64,000 nt of DNA from Scyliorhinus canicula (lineage: Eukaryota), in contig NC_052154.1 in the NCBI RefSeq assembly GCF_902713615.1, forward strand, positions 6,449,784 through 6,513,783. Direction: 5' to 3'. The position numbers were made by a program, and so were the translations under genes. Positions 50,089 through 62,186 of this stretch are shown here, piece by piece. The notes beneath the pieces are model-generated. The model had not been told where the DNA came from, did not search any database, and saw nothing but the letters and a program-made list of their open reading frames with translations. Within the stretch, counting starts at the first letter, position 1. Each line of letters starts with the position of its first letter.

Positions 50089-52089
50089 GTTTGTTGTTTT
50101 TTTAATTTCAGTTTCAGTGTTGGAGCAGTGCACTGTCTTCCCTCACTGGGACTCAGTGCCCCTCTCTGGTACCTCACTCGATCTGAATGCATCTCCAGGT
50201 AAGTAGTTCCCCCTGGAGATTCCTCTTGATAAAACAAGATATTGCAACAAAAAAAAAATCCCTACCCTGTAAAGTCTGGAGGAACTAGCTGCCTTGCAAT
50301 GCTGTGTGATTGATTACGCAGTCAGGCTGTGTTAACAGAGCTCTATATTGGAATTAAAAGCCCTGCTCCCTGCTCAGAGCTGTGTCTCCATCTGACTAGC
50401 TGGTGTGGGCTGGATGTCAATCTTGCTAATGTCTCTGGGGCCAGTGCCCACATTTCCCCCAATCACCATGTCCCTGCCCTGATCAATGAATTTTCTCTAA
50501 CTACGCTTCAAGCAGTAGAAAAATACCAGGATTGCAAAGTCCGTTTTATGCAGACTTTAAATAAAAATAAGAGCCGTCGCCGGGGTAATGACTCAGAGCA
50601 GCAAAGCAGAAATGAGACCAAATTACCCATTCACATACTGATACTTTGCGGATGTGATAGCGAGCTCTCCCTATTTCCCCCACTCCCCTTTATTCCACAT
50701 GTGCTTTTCGTGCGGACCAACCCCATACATTTCCCAGCCTGTGTCAGCTATCATCTGAATTCTCTTTATTTTATGACCGATAATAAATAAAGCATGCCCT
50801 GGTGCACAACACAGTCAATGCCAAGAGGCCATTCTCAACTTGACTGGAAATATTGAGATTAGAAATGTGGATAAGGTAAAGTGGTTGAGCGAAAATGGAT
50901 CTTGCAATCACATCTATTGGTTTAATCAACATTCGTCGCCTTAAAAAATCAACCGGGTTGCTGAAAGGAGCAGTAATTACAGCTCGGGAGTCGAAGTCTG
51001 TATGTGTTGTTATCAGAAAGAATCTTTTGTCCTGTTCACAATAATAAACAAATCACGCTGAACGCATTAAAAATTCAGGGCCTAGACAATGCAGGGTGGT
51101 GTTAGGAAGATGGATTGGCTGCTTAAACTGCTGTGGAATGTGAATTCTCGTGGCGAATAGGGAGATCTGGAACCTGCACTCTGAAACCCTCTGCCCCTTC
51201 ACCTCGTTCCTTAATAACCTATCTGTGTGACGAGGTCACCCTCATACCTCCTTATGTGGGGGTCTGATAATCACGCATGTGAAGCACCTTGGCATGTCTT
51301 ATGAAATTAAAGATGCTACACAAATGCAAGTTGTTTTGTTGCGGGGGGGGGGGGGGGGGGGGTGGAAGGAAGAGCGATGATGTAGTCCACCAACACCACC
51401 CCAATGTTACTAACACAGGGCCCCTAACCATTCTCCATCTGGACTGTCTTTGCACTGGCTCACTGACATACAAGGTACTTCTGCTGATATAACCAAGGAC
51501 ATTGTGCTCAATTTTAACCCCCACCCCCGGCACATGTAATGTCCTCAGAGAGGGGTTGGGAGCCTCACTCATTCCTGCCCACCGTGCTTACCCTCAATGT
51601 TGTGTTAATGGCTCTGGGCATGGGAAAATTATTGATGGCCGAGAATCTCCCGTCAAAATAACGGGAAGTTTAGTGAGAACCTAAGAAAAAAGATAGGAAT
51701 AGGCCATTCAGCCCCTTGAACCTGCTCCACCATTCATTAAGGGCATGGCAGAGCTTTAACCTCACTGCACCTTCCACACTATCCTCATATCTCTTAATTT
51801 CCTTAGTACTCAAAATCTCTTCCTCCCAAGTTGTTACCCTGAGCTTATGCATTAATACTTCCAAGGGGGTCCCGAGGCTGCACACCGACATTGATTGTGA
51901 GGGTCCAAGGAATATAGCAATATTTACAGGGTGCCCAAATCTGGAGGGATCTCAAACACAATAACACTTAAAATCAATGTCTAAAATCTTCCAACCGATT
52001 ATTTACCAACATTTTTCAAATTGTTGGAAGATCTTCCATCTTGCATTCACCATATGCGTGAAATTGTTCAAAATTCCGAAGCCTGTTAT

Positions 52090-52397
52090 AAATAAATAAA
52101 TAATCTTTATTAGTTTCACAAGTAGGCTTACATTAACACCGCAATGAAGTTACTGTGAAAATCCCCTAGTCGCCACATTCCGGCGCCTGTTCGGATACAC
52201 AGAGAGAGAATTCAGAATGTCCAATTCACCTGACAAGCATGTATTTCGGGACTTGTGGGAGGAAACCGGAGCACCCGGAGGAAACCCACACAGACACGGG
52301 GAGAACATGCAGACTCTGCACAGACAGCCACCCAAGCCAGGAATTGAACCCGGGACCCTGCCGATCTAAAGCAACAGTGCTAACCATTGTGCTGCCG
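52090..52397 (-). mobile_element. V-SINE-headed SINE with (ATT)n tail
   Basis: Same composite as 22781-23151. Confidence 0.85.
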
Positions 52398-53279
52398 AAT
52401 CTCGCCAAGACTCACTCATACATGGTCTCGCTGACCCATCTTGCTACCTGACTTGGCATACTTCCGTTTTAAAATCCTCATCCTTATTTTCAAATTGCCC
52501 CTTCAGTTTACCCCTCCCTAGCCACATAGCTAACCCCAGCCCCACACAACCTCCACTCATCCCTCGGGCAGAAGTGGGGTTCCCGATGCAGGTAGAATCC
52601 AACGGGTTCAGCGCCGATGCTCCCTTGCATGGCAAGGGAAAGTGAATTGCTCCTGGGCGCCGTTCCTAGCACCAGTGCAGACCAGGAACGATTCTACTCC
52701 GGCGGGAGAACTTAGTCTCCCAAACAGAGAATCCTTCCCCTGAGGTTTGGAGCCCCATCACTGCAGGCCATGCCTTCAGATGCCACGATCGTAAGCTCAG
52801 GAGTTCACTCCATAAACCTTTCTATCTCCGGACCGCACCTTCCTCCTGGAAACTATGGGCTGGATTCCTCTGCCTCTCCTGCCGTAAGACCACCACGGGC
52901 ACGATGTGGACAATGGAAAAGCCCATTGACCTCCGGCGCGATTCTCCTGTCGGCGGACGGGTGCGGCCGGAGAATCCCGCCGTACATCGTTGACCCATCT
53001 CTGGTTGGTTATCTTAACATCATCTGGAACAGCTCAGTGTCAAATTGTATTTATTTGGTAGAACTTGCTCCTGTGAAACCCATTGGGACTTTTTATAATG
53101 CTGAAGAAACCGCATAAATGACTTATTAATTCTAACGACGCCTGGAGACCTCACAAAGAGGTGTAAACATCACTCCCTAATTTGATTCCTCGTTAACTGC
53201 TGCTGAGCTCAGCTTTGGCTATCAGAGATTGTCAGCCTGAGTTTGTCATTGGGAAGTCGATGGAAGCGGCTAGGAATTT

Positions 53280-53995
53280 TTCATCATGCCCCGTGGAGTA
53301 GATGGCAATGGTCTTTCAAACGCTCTGCTCCTAGAAACAGTGGATGATCTGGTCCCTGATCTGGGGGTCACTGATACCTGGATTTCCTGTTAAATGAGTC
53401 TTCAATAATATCTAGCTGCTTCATCTTCTGCTGGCTTCTTGCTCTTTCAATAATCCTCCGTGTGAGTGATATGACACTCCAAGCCTTCTGCAGGGATAAC
53501 AAGTTTGAAAAAGCCCCTTTGTCTTCTTTTGATATGTACTGAAGAGCTTTCTTGTTCGTTCGGCCTTTTTCAGTACTTCTTTGTTGGTTTGCTTCACCCA
53601 AATTGCCCTCAGGATCCTTCAGAAACACCACATTTCAAAGTTGTTCGTTTTCTTTTCTTCTTCTTTTCCACTGCGCCAGGCTTTACATCCATAATTCATC
53701 ACTGACCAGACATAACATTTTCGAACACTGATTCTCATTTTGAGACTTAACCTGACCTTTCTTAGAGCGTTGCTTAGTTCTTGTGCAACCGGTTTTGGCT
53801 CGTCCCAAACCTCTTTTGGATTTCAGCTTTGACACTGGGTTTTACTGTGCTTCCTCGGTAGTTGAATTGATTGATATATTCGACTTTGCTGTGATCTTGC
53901 ACGCGGGAATTTCCGTTTTCTTTGTCAATACATAGCGTACGTTTTCTTGCAGACGAGTGTAAGCTCATATCTACTACTTTCCTTCACCACTGTGT
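53280..53995 (-). mobile_element. Degenerate RTE-clade LINE 3' ORF fragment
   Basis: VEYINQFNYRGSTV..KAEIQKRFG and RLSLKMRISVRKCYVWSVMNYGCKAW...FEMWCF*RILRAIW are RTE post-RT motifs, with stops and frameshifts. Confidence 0.8.
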
Positions 53996-54813
53996 TGATG
54001 TTGGCGTGGGGATTCTCTAGTCTCCCAGCTCTGTGTTTCTCACTGGGAATCCCGATGCTTGTCAATGGGATTTCCCATTGAAAGCCCCCCATTGGAATAT
54101 TTTTATATCTGGCCTAACTTAATCCCTCTTTTTTTAGTGAGGCTTACAAACCCTCCCCTTTGAATGGGCAACCAACTACGGTCTTTTCACAGTAAATTCA
54201 TTGAAGCTACTTGTGACAATAAGTGATAATTATTATGATTATTTAATGTGACCCTTGTCAGTGCCAGGTGCTTGGGTAATCAGCGAAGAATGTTTACATG
54301 GGCAAGTCACAGCATAGTGCGCGGTGCCCAGCGAACTCTTCCTCAGGAAAGCTCAGCCAAGGAATTGGTTTCAAACTCTTGACAAGGTCACACACTATCT
54401 GTTTAGATTTAAAGAACTAGACTTCACTCAAACAATGTGAAAAACAGATCAAAGCATGTCAGAGCGTCAGCTCAAACGTATAATTGCCTTGAACTCATTT
54501 CTGATTCTTTTTGTAATACGTAGCTTGTTAAAGTTTCTTTGCAAAGTTATCCTGGAGGCCGGTCACGCACGGGCGGCTCAGATGCAGGTTGAAAATTAAC
54601 AGCTGGGAATGTGATGGACGGTTTGAATTTTGATTTTTATTGTTCGAGGATGATTTGCTTCTACTCCCGTTCGATGGGTTCTGAGGTGGTGGAGAAGTCC
54701 AGTGTGTTGTCTGCTGACTGCCATGTACTGGGCAGGTGATATTTGAAGTGTCGGGTAGACGGGCTCGACTTTTGCTTCTGTACCTCCCCAGTGAAATCTC
54801 TCAATGTGTTTGG

Positions 54814-55061
54814 TGTAATGTTCTTGTTGGATGGCCTAATTTATTACAAGAACACTTGTAGTTAAAGTTCAAAATGATTTTTTAACATTAACTGGGGGTA
54901 AACTATACGCAAGGCAACAGGTGAACAACAGCAAAATCATGCACAAGCAAGCTCTCTCTTTTACTTCCTCCAGCCAGTGACTGGTCAGTTGACTTAACAT
55001 TCACTAGTGAGACTTCTTGTGGTCAGTTGGTGAATTACAACACGACCATGATACTGCTACA
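54814..55061 (-). mobile_element. Solo LTR (family of 30915) inside an RTE-like 3' fragment
   Basis: TG...CA, TSD TTTGG/TTTGT (one mismatch). Confidence 0.8.
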
Positions 55062-56797
55062 TTTGTTGCCTTCCTGAAGGAACCTTCTTCATTTTGATCG
55101 GTCACAAGCCAGGATCTTCTGTATTTTTAATTTATTCATTCATGGGATAAATTTGCAGCATTTATTGCCCATCCCTAATTGCCTTTGAGAAGATGGTGGT
55201 GAGCCTCCTTCTTGAACCACTACTGTCTATGTGGTCTGGGTACACCCATAGTGCTGTGAGGAAGGGAGTCGGTGGGGTTGTTTGACAACTTCAGGGTTGC
55301 TTTGAGGACATCCCGAAAGCATTTCCGTTCCCCTCATGCCGTGCCAAGTTCTGAGTAGAGCTGTTAGGTTGAATTCTCCCATTTCCCAGCGGCCAGTTTG
55401 CTGGCCTTGGGATTCTATCTTCCTGCCACTTGCTAATGGGATTTCCCATTAAAGCCACCCCATGCCGGTGGGAAATCCGCAGGCCAGGTATGCTGTCGGT
55501 GGGAACGGAATCTGGCTGTCGCTTCAGGAGTCTTGTGTCAGGCACATAAAGCTTTTTTTTTTTGCTCTTCCATGGGATGTGGCCATCACTGGCGGAGCCA
55601 GCATATGTTGCCCATCCTGAATGGTCCTTGAACAGAGCATTCCAGAGGACAGTTAAGACTCAACCACTACACATCTGGAGTCCCCAGAAGGCCAGGCCAG
55701 GTAAAGATGGCAGATTTCCTTCCCTAAAAGTCAACACTGAAGCAGATCACAATCGCTGATAGTTTCACGCTCACCATTACTGAAACCAGCATTCAATTCC
55801 AGATTTTACGGATTGAATTTCAATTCCACCAGCTGCCGGGGTGGGATTTGAACCCAGGTCCCCAGAGCGTTAGCCGAGGTCTCTGGATTATTTGCCCAGC
55901 GACATTATGGCATCATTACTCCCACGTCCAGGCTACATGTCCTGCCCAGTGGAATTGGTTTTGAGCGATTGGCGCCTCAATGTCGGACTTGTTGGCTTGG
56001 GAGAGGAAACTGCAATTGGACCTACTTTCTTGTCTCTCCATTTGGAAGATTGTGCAATGGCCCTGCTGATGATACTTCTGTGGGGGTTTGCAGTCTTTGC
56101 TTGAACAACTACAGTAGAAATTCTGATGGAAAGCACTCCACCAGAGCCATGAAATGATACAACACCGAAGGTGACTCTTTGCTCACCAAGCCTGCACCTC
56201 CTTTTTGAAAGAGTTGTCCAATTAGTCCCACCTCCCTTCCATCTGATTGCTACAAATTTGTTTTCCTCAAGTTTTAACCCAATTTCCTTTTGGACGTTGC
56301 TGTTGAATCTGATTCCACTGTCCTTTAAGACAGCACATTCCAGATCGCAACTCGCTGAGCAAAAATATGCTTCCACATGTTGCCGCTGACTCTCTTGTCA
56401 ATCCCCTTAAATGTCTATCCTCTGATTGCTGAGCCTTCTGCCACTGAAAACAGTTTCTCCTTACCTGCTCGATCGAAACCCTTCAAGCTGTCGAGCGCCT
56501 CTGTGCCCTCTCCTTCACCTACTCTGCTGCTAAGAGCCAGTGGAAAGCTCTCTTTTTATCATGCCAACTTGTTGTCTGGTGTGGCAGTCCTGCGGTTAGA
56601 GTAGTGGAACTGAATTGACTAAAGCCGAGTGACTTGTGGGCTGGTATTAAGTGAGATGTAAACAGTCAGATTGTAATAAAGCCAACTGTTTAACTAATAT
56701 CCTTCAGGGAAGGGATATATCATCCCTGTGAAAAGCGATTGCAACTATCTACGATTAATCAGGGCGAGAGCAGTCTCCTAACTTCTTCTCAACGTCT

Positions 56798-57340
56798 GCA
56801 TAGAATCACAGAATTTACAGTGCAGGAGGAGGTCATTCTGCCCACCGAGTCTGTACCGGCCCTTGGAAATGGCAGCCTACTTAAGCCCACTAATCCACCC
56901 TGCCCCCGTAACCCAGTAACCCCACCTAACCTTTTTTTGGACACTGAGGGCAATTCAGCATGGCCAATCCATCTAACCTGCACATTCAGGGCAGCACGGT
57001 AGCATTGTGGATAGCACAATCGCTTCACAGCTCCAGGGTCCCAGGTTCGATTCCGGCTTGGGTCACTGTCTGTGCGGAGTCTGCACATCCTCCCCGTGTG
57101 TGCGTGGGTTTCCTCCGGGTGCTCCGGTTTCCTCCCACAGTCCAAAGATGTGCGGGTTAGGTGGATTGGCCATGATAAATTGCCCTTAGTGTTCAAAATT
57201 GCCCTTAGTGTTGGGTGGGGTTACTGGGTAATGGGGATAGGGTGGTGGTGTTGACCTTGGATAGGGGGTAGGGTGCTCTTTCCAAGAGCCGGTGCAGACG
57301 TGATGGGCCGAATGGCCTCCTTCTGCACTGTAGATTCTAC
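56798..57340. mobile_element. Two adjacent oppositely oriented HE1-like SINEs (56798-56985 -, 5'-truncated; 56988-57340 +, full)
   Basis: Direct family match. Confidence 0.9.
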
Positions 57341-58134
57341 GTAACCTCCCGACTAATTGTCGTGGATCTTTTTCTGTTTTCTGACCTCTCCCAGAAGATG
57401 ACTTTATTTGTTCTGTGGTGTGGACAGTGTGGATATTGTAATGTATCAGGCACAGCAGTTGTGAGGGACAGAATTGATTGATCAGAGGACCATCTCCTGT
57501 ATATCATTGTTCACATATTTGTAAAAGGAAATGTATGAGAGGCGTGCACTTTGAGCTGAGGAGTGCCACGAACAATGTAAATTAAGAAGAAGGGAACATA
57601 AGAAATAGGAACAGGAGTAGACCCATTGACCCCCACCAACCTGCTCCCCCATCCAATAAAATCATGGCTGACCTTTGACCTCAACTCCACTTTCCCACCT
57701 CATCCCCATATTCCTTCATTGCCTTGGTGTCCACAATTCTCAGTGTTAAGCATACCCAATGACTCGATTGTGCTTTCAGTGGTGAATGACAGCCCCCTTT
57801 TCTGAGACAGTAACCTTGACTCCACGACACAGGGCAAACATCCCCCCGGAGTCTACTTTGCAAAGCCCTTTAAGAGTTTCATGTGTTTCAATGAGATCAC
57901 CTCTCATTGCCTTAAGTGCCAGAGATTATTGACCTCAATCTCTCCTCAATGGACATTCTCCTCATTCCAGAGCGAGACGTACATTGAGCCTCGTGATGAC
58001 GAGAGAATTGTAAAGATTAGGATCTGGATTAGGCCATTTAGCCCCTTAAGCGCATGCTTCCTCAATCATTATAATCCACCCAAACTATCACATCAACTCA
58101 CTTTGCCCCACCAGCTCCAAAGTCCTTGATATCC

Positions 58135-58362
58135 TTTTTCCTATAAATTTAGAGTACCCAATTCATTTTTTTCCAATTAAGGGGCAATTTAGCATGTCCA
58201 GTCCACCTACCCTGCACATCTTTGGATTGTTGGGACGAAACGCACGCAAACACGGGGAGAATGTGCAAACTTCACACGGACAGTGACCCAGAGCCGGGAT
58301 CGAACCTGGGACCTCGGCGCCTAGAGGCAGCAGGGCTAACCCACTGCGCCACCGTGCTGCCC
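58135..58362 (-). mobile_element. V-SINE short form with A-rich tail
   Basis: TSD TCCTTGATATCCT at about 58122 and 58367. Confidence 0.9.
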
Positions 58363-58816
58363 CCATTCCTTGATATCCTAAGTGATCAAAAATCTATTGA
58401 TCTCTGACTTGAGTATATTCAGCAGCTCTCTGGGATAGAGAATTCCAAAGATGCACAGCCCTCTGAGTGAAGAAATGTCTCCTAATCACAACCCAAAATG
58501 GCTCATCTTAAGCCTGTGCACCCCCCCCCCCCCCCCCCCCCCCCCCCTCCAGCTACAGAGCCTCCAGCCAGGGAAAACAGCTGCTTTTTTAAAAGCCCTC
58601 AAAGAACTTTATGGACTTTGGTACCGCAACCTCTCATTCTTCCAGCCTCCAGGAAGTATTGGCCCATCGCAGGCAGGACGCAGTAAATCTGCTTTTCCTC
58701 CTGTGCCTCCAGTCTACAAACACTTGGGCTCGGAGGAAATTGAATTGATTCACTGACATATTGCAACCAACAATTAAATAAGGCCACAGGCGGGGTGAAA
58801 TGGTTGTGCGTGCTAT

Positions 58817-58996
58817 AGGGGCTGGTTTAGCACAGGGCTAAATCGCTGGCTTTGAAAGCAGACCAAGGCAGGCCAGTCGCACGGTTCAATTCCCGTACCA
58901 GCCTCCCCGAACAGGTGCCGGAATGTGGCGACTAGGGACTTTTCACAGTCACTTCGTTTGAAGCCTACTTGTGACAATAAGCGATTTTCATTTCAC
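58817..58996 (+). mobile_element. (TTTCA)n-tailed tRNA-like SINE
   Basis: B box GGTTCAATTCC; matches the copy at 5463. Confidence 0.9.
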
Positions 58997-60504
58997 ATTG
59001 GCACTCATTGATCCCAAACAACTCTTTCACAGAATATATAAAAATGGGTCAAAATCATCATCGGTAGGAATGGTACAGCAGTAATTAACAGATCAAATGG
59101 AACACTGAATTATATTGTCAAGTCAGCAGGTATGACCGGGGTTCCTCCAATCTCATTAAAATGAATCAGCATTATGATCCTAAAAACCTGAGCTGAGAAG
59201 TTCAGGCCTTTGTAGTGCAATCTGTGCTGTTTGGTTGTCAGATCCATGTTTCACTATTTTATTCTATAACATCCTCCAAGCCCACAGCCACTGTTCCCTT
59301 TAATATGTTGAGTCACGGTACCGATAATTTATGTTGCAAAGCCGCACACCCACGTTAATTAACGCGGAATAAGGCCAGCGCAGCACCTTCTGGGCTGCGT
59401 AGCCAGAAAGTTGGCAAAATCTATCAGTCTCTCTCTCTCCTCCTTAAAGCCGAATTATTTGAGGGCGTCGTCACCTGTCATTCTATCCCCCCGATGTGGC
59501 GTTGTGTCAGGGTTTGTTTCTGCGACAACGCCCCCGTGAAGCACCTTGGGCAATGTTACAATGTCAAAGGCGCTAACAGAATGCAGGGTGCTGTCAGAAG
59601 GGGTCACAAGTGAAAAATGCAAGCCTGGGCAATCTGTGCAAAGACAGGCCACAAAAACTATCTTTAAAAGTGTTCATTAAACGTGGTAAGTCTTGAAAGG
59701 AGGCGGCTGAGAGAGAACCTGACAGAAGTCTTGTTGTGTATCCCACAGGTCTCCAGCCCCTCCACCTACCTCTTCACCATTAAGCTCCTTTAAAGAGAAA
59801 CTGCTTTTGGCTGGATCTCTTTAATAGCTCCTTCTTCGACATAGGAACAGTTTATTGAGAATGTTGGAAAATAGGCCATTCAGCCCCTTCGAGCCGGCTT
59901 TGCTATCCACTAGACCACAGCAGATTACTGCCTCGATTCAAATTTCCCTGCCTTTGCTCCATATCCTTTGATAACCGAACCCAATGAAAATGTATCCATC
60001 TCAGTCTTTGGAGGGTCCAATTGATTCCCAGCATCCACGGGTTTTTGGGAGGGTGGATCCCAGATTCCTAACGCCCATTGGACGGGTCCTCTGGCCATTC
60101 GCATGGATGGGATCTTCCAGTCACACTGATGGTGAACCCCCCCCCCGGCCGCCGCCGCCGTGGGTTCCCAGGGTCGGAGAGTGCGAACACCAGGAAACCC
60201 CGTTGATACTGGGGAGACTGGAAGATTCCGCTGCTGGCCGATAGTGGGCCACATCCACTGCTGCAAAGCATGCCATGGTGGTTGTGGTGGTGATGGTGGT
60301 GGGGGGGAATGGGGGGTTGCGTGGGAGGGGGGGGGGGGGGGGGGTGGCTGAACATCACACGCATTGTGCGAAAATGTGTTTTTCACTTTCCCGAGTTCTA
60401 AAGTGTAGATCTCCCCATTCTTCATTCCCCATCAGAGGATAATAATTTCTCTTATTTAACCTATGCGACTGTACATTGCTTTAATAGTTACACACTTAAT
60501 CAGA

Positions 60505-60692
60505 TGAATGAAATGAAATGAAAATCGCTTATTGTCACAAGTCGGCTTCAAATGAAGTTACTGTGAAAAGCCCCTAGTCGCCACATTCCGGCGCCTGTTC
60601 GCGGAGGCCGGTACGGGAATCGAACTGTCCTGCTGGCCTGCTTGGTCTGCTTTCAAAGCCACCGATTTAGCCCAGTGAGCTAAACCAGCCCC
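60505..60692 (-). mobile_element. (TTTCA)n-tailed tRNA-like SINE
   Basis: Reverse copy with (TGAAA)n. Confidence 0.9.
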
Positions 60693-61522
60693 TGATTACC
60701 TGAAACCAGATCGTACCTGGATCTGATATACTCGGAAATGCCAGCAAAGTGTCCAGCTAGTCCTCAGAATTCAATCTTTCCAACCCACTCTCATTCTGGC
60801 AGATGAATAAAGGAGCAGTTTGAGCTCCATTCGAGATGAAGGCAGACTTGATGGGATGAGTGGCCCGCCTTCTGCACTGTCGGGATTTCATGGATGTCAT
60901 TAATGGAAACAGAAAACGCTGGAAACTCTCAACGGATGAACGTCTGATGAAAGTTCCCAGTCCTGAACGTTAAATCTGTTTCTCTCTCTCCACAGACGCG
61001 GCCAGGCCTGCTGAGAATTTCCAGCAACTTCTGTTTTTATTTCAGATTTGCAGAATCTGCAGCCATTGCTGGAGGCCCACCCCGCCATTCTCCGCCCCGC
61101 CTGGCCGTAGTCCCGGCCAGGTGGATCTGACATGGTCCCAGCCGTTCGGGATACTCGGGTGGTGGCTGCGGACTGAGACCGCAGCCACCATGGTCAGGGG
61201 CGGGACATCCTGCTTAATCACTGCTTGGTCCCTGTTTCTCCTTTTCATTTCCATTATTCTTTTGGCGATTACAATTTTTTGCCCATGGACAATTAATGAC
61301 TTCAAGGCCAAGGCAGTTTACCTTTAATTTAACATAGGAATCTCCAGCAGGATGTGCTGATTTGGTCTGACATCAGTGATGACCCGGACTGAGTGGCTGG
61401 GCTGGTGGTCGTTCGGAGGGCAGGAGGGCCTCATACAGGACCGGGCAATTTTTGACGATTCGGGTCGGGCACGCGACCGTTCGGGTGCACTATTTGGGAA
61501 GTCTAGCTCCGCGGTTTGAATA

Positions 61523-61996
61523 TGTCATGGAGCATGACGTGACCGCTGGAGGCCGTGCTCCACGGGGGCAGCACGGTAGCATAGTGGTTAGCACAATTGC
61601 TTCACAGCTCCAGGGTCCCAGGTTCGATTCCAGGCTTGGTCACTGTCTGTGCACGTTCTCCCCGTGTCTGCGTGGGTTTCCTCCGGGTGCTCCAATTTCC
61701 TCCCACAGTCCAAAGATGTGCAAGTTAGGTGGAGTGGCCATGCTAAATTGCCCTTAGTGTCCAAAATTGCCATTAGTGTTGGGTGGGATTGCTGGGTTGT
61801 GGGTGGAGCTCCGTCAAATTAGGGCTCATAAGAACTTAGTATAAAGCCCGGCCTGGACAGTGACCATCATGTTAGCTGGCCCCACGGGATTGTACTCTGT
61901 AAGTATACTTGCTGCCGTGGGCAGACCTTTTGTGACCGTAAATAAATCAGCGTTCACCTTACCGCTGTGGCTTCCTGGGTTTTAATGGAAACCAAC
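61523..61996 (+). mobile_element. Probable LTR interrupted by an HE1-like SINE (61566-61805)
   Basis: TGTCATGG start, TATAAAG near 61850, AATAAA near 61941. Confidence 0.4.
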
Positions 61997-62186
61997 CCAT
62001 TGATTGCCAGCTGTGTAAATCAAACCGCGTGAAGTTATCACACTCAAACATCCAGGGATATTATAATGCAACAATAAAAACAAAAAGTGTTGGATGAACT
62101 CAGCCAGTCTGGCAGCATCTGCGGAGAGAGAGAGAGATGACGGAGTTAATGTTTTAATCCAGTATGACACTCCTCCAGAGGTGGGG

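Noticed and set aside
53368-53968. Host exon or retrogene (ORFs 53368-53631 and 53774-53968)
   Set aside because: Other frames give RTE LINE motifs with stops.
56988-57065. tRNA genes here and at other SINE heads
   Set aside because: A/B boxes run directly into SINE bodies; these are tRNA-derived heads, not complete tRNA genes.
57670-57682. Perfect DR1 TGACCTTTGACCT
   Set aside because: Lies in a degenerate CR1 tail with no other support.
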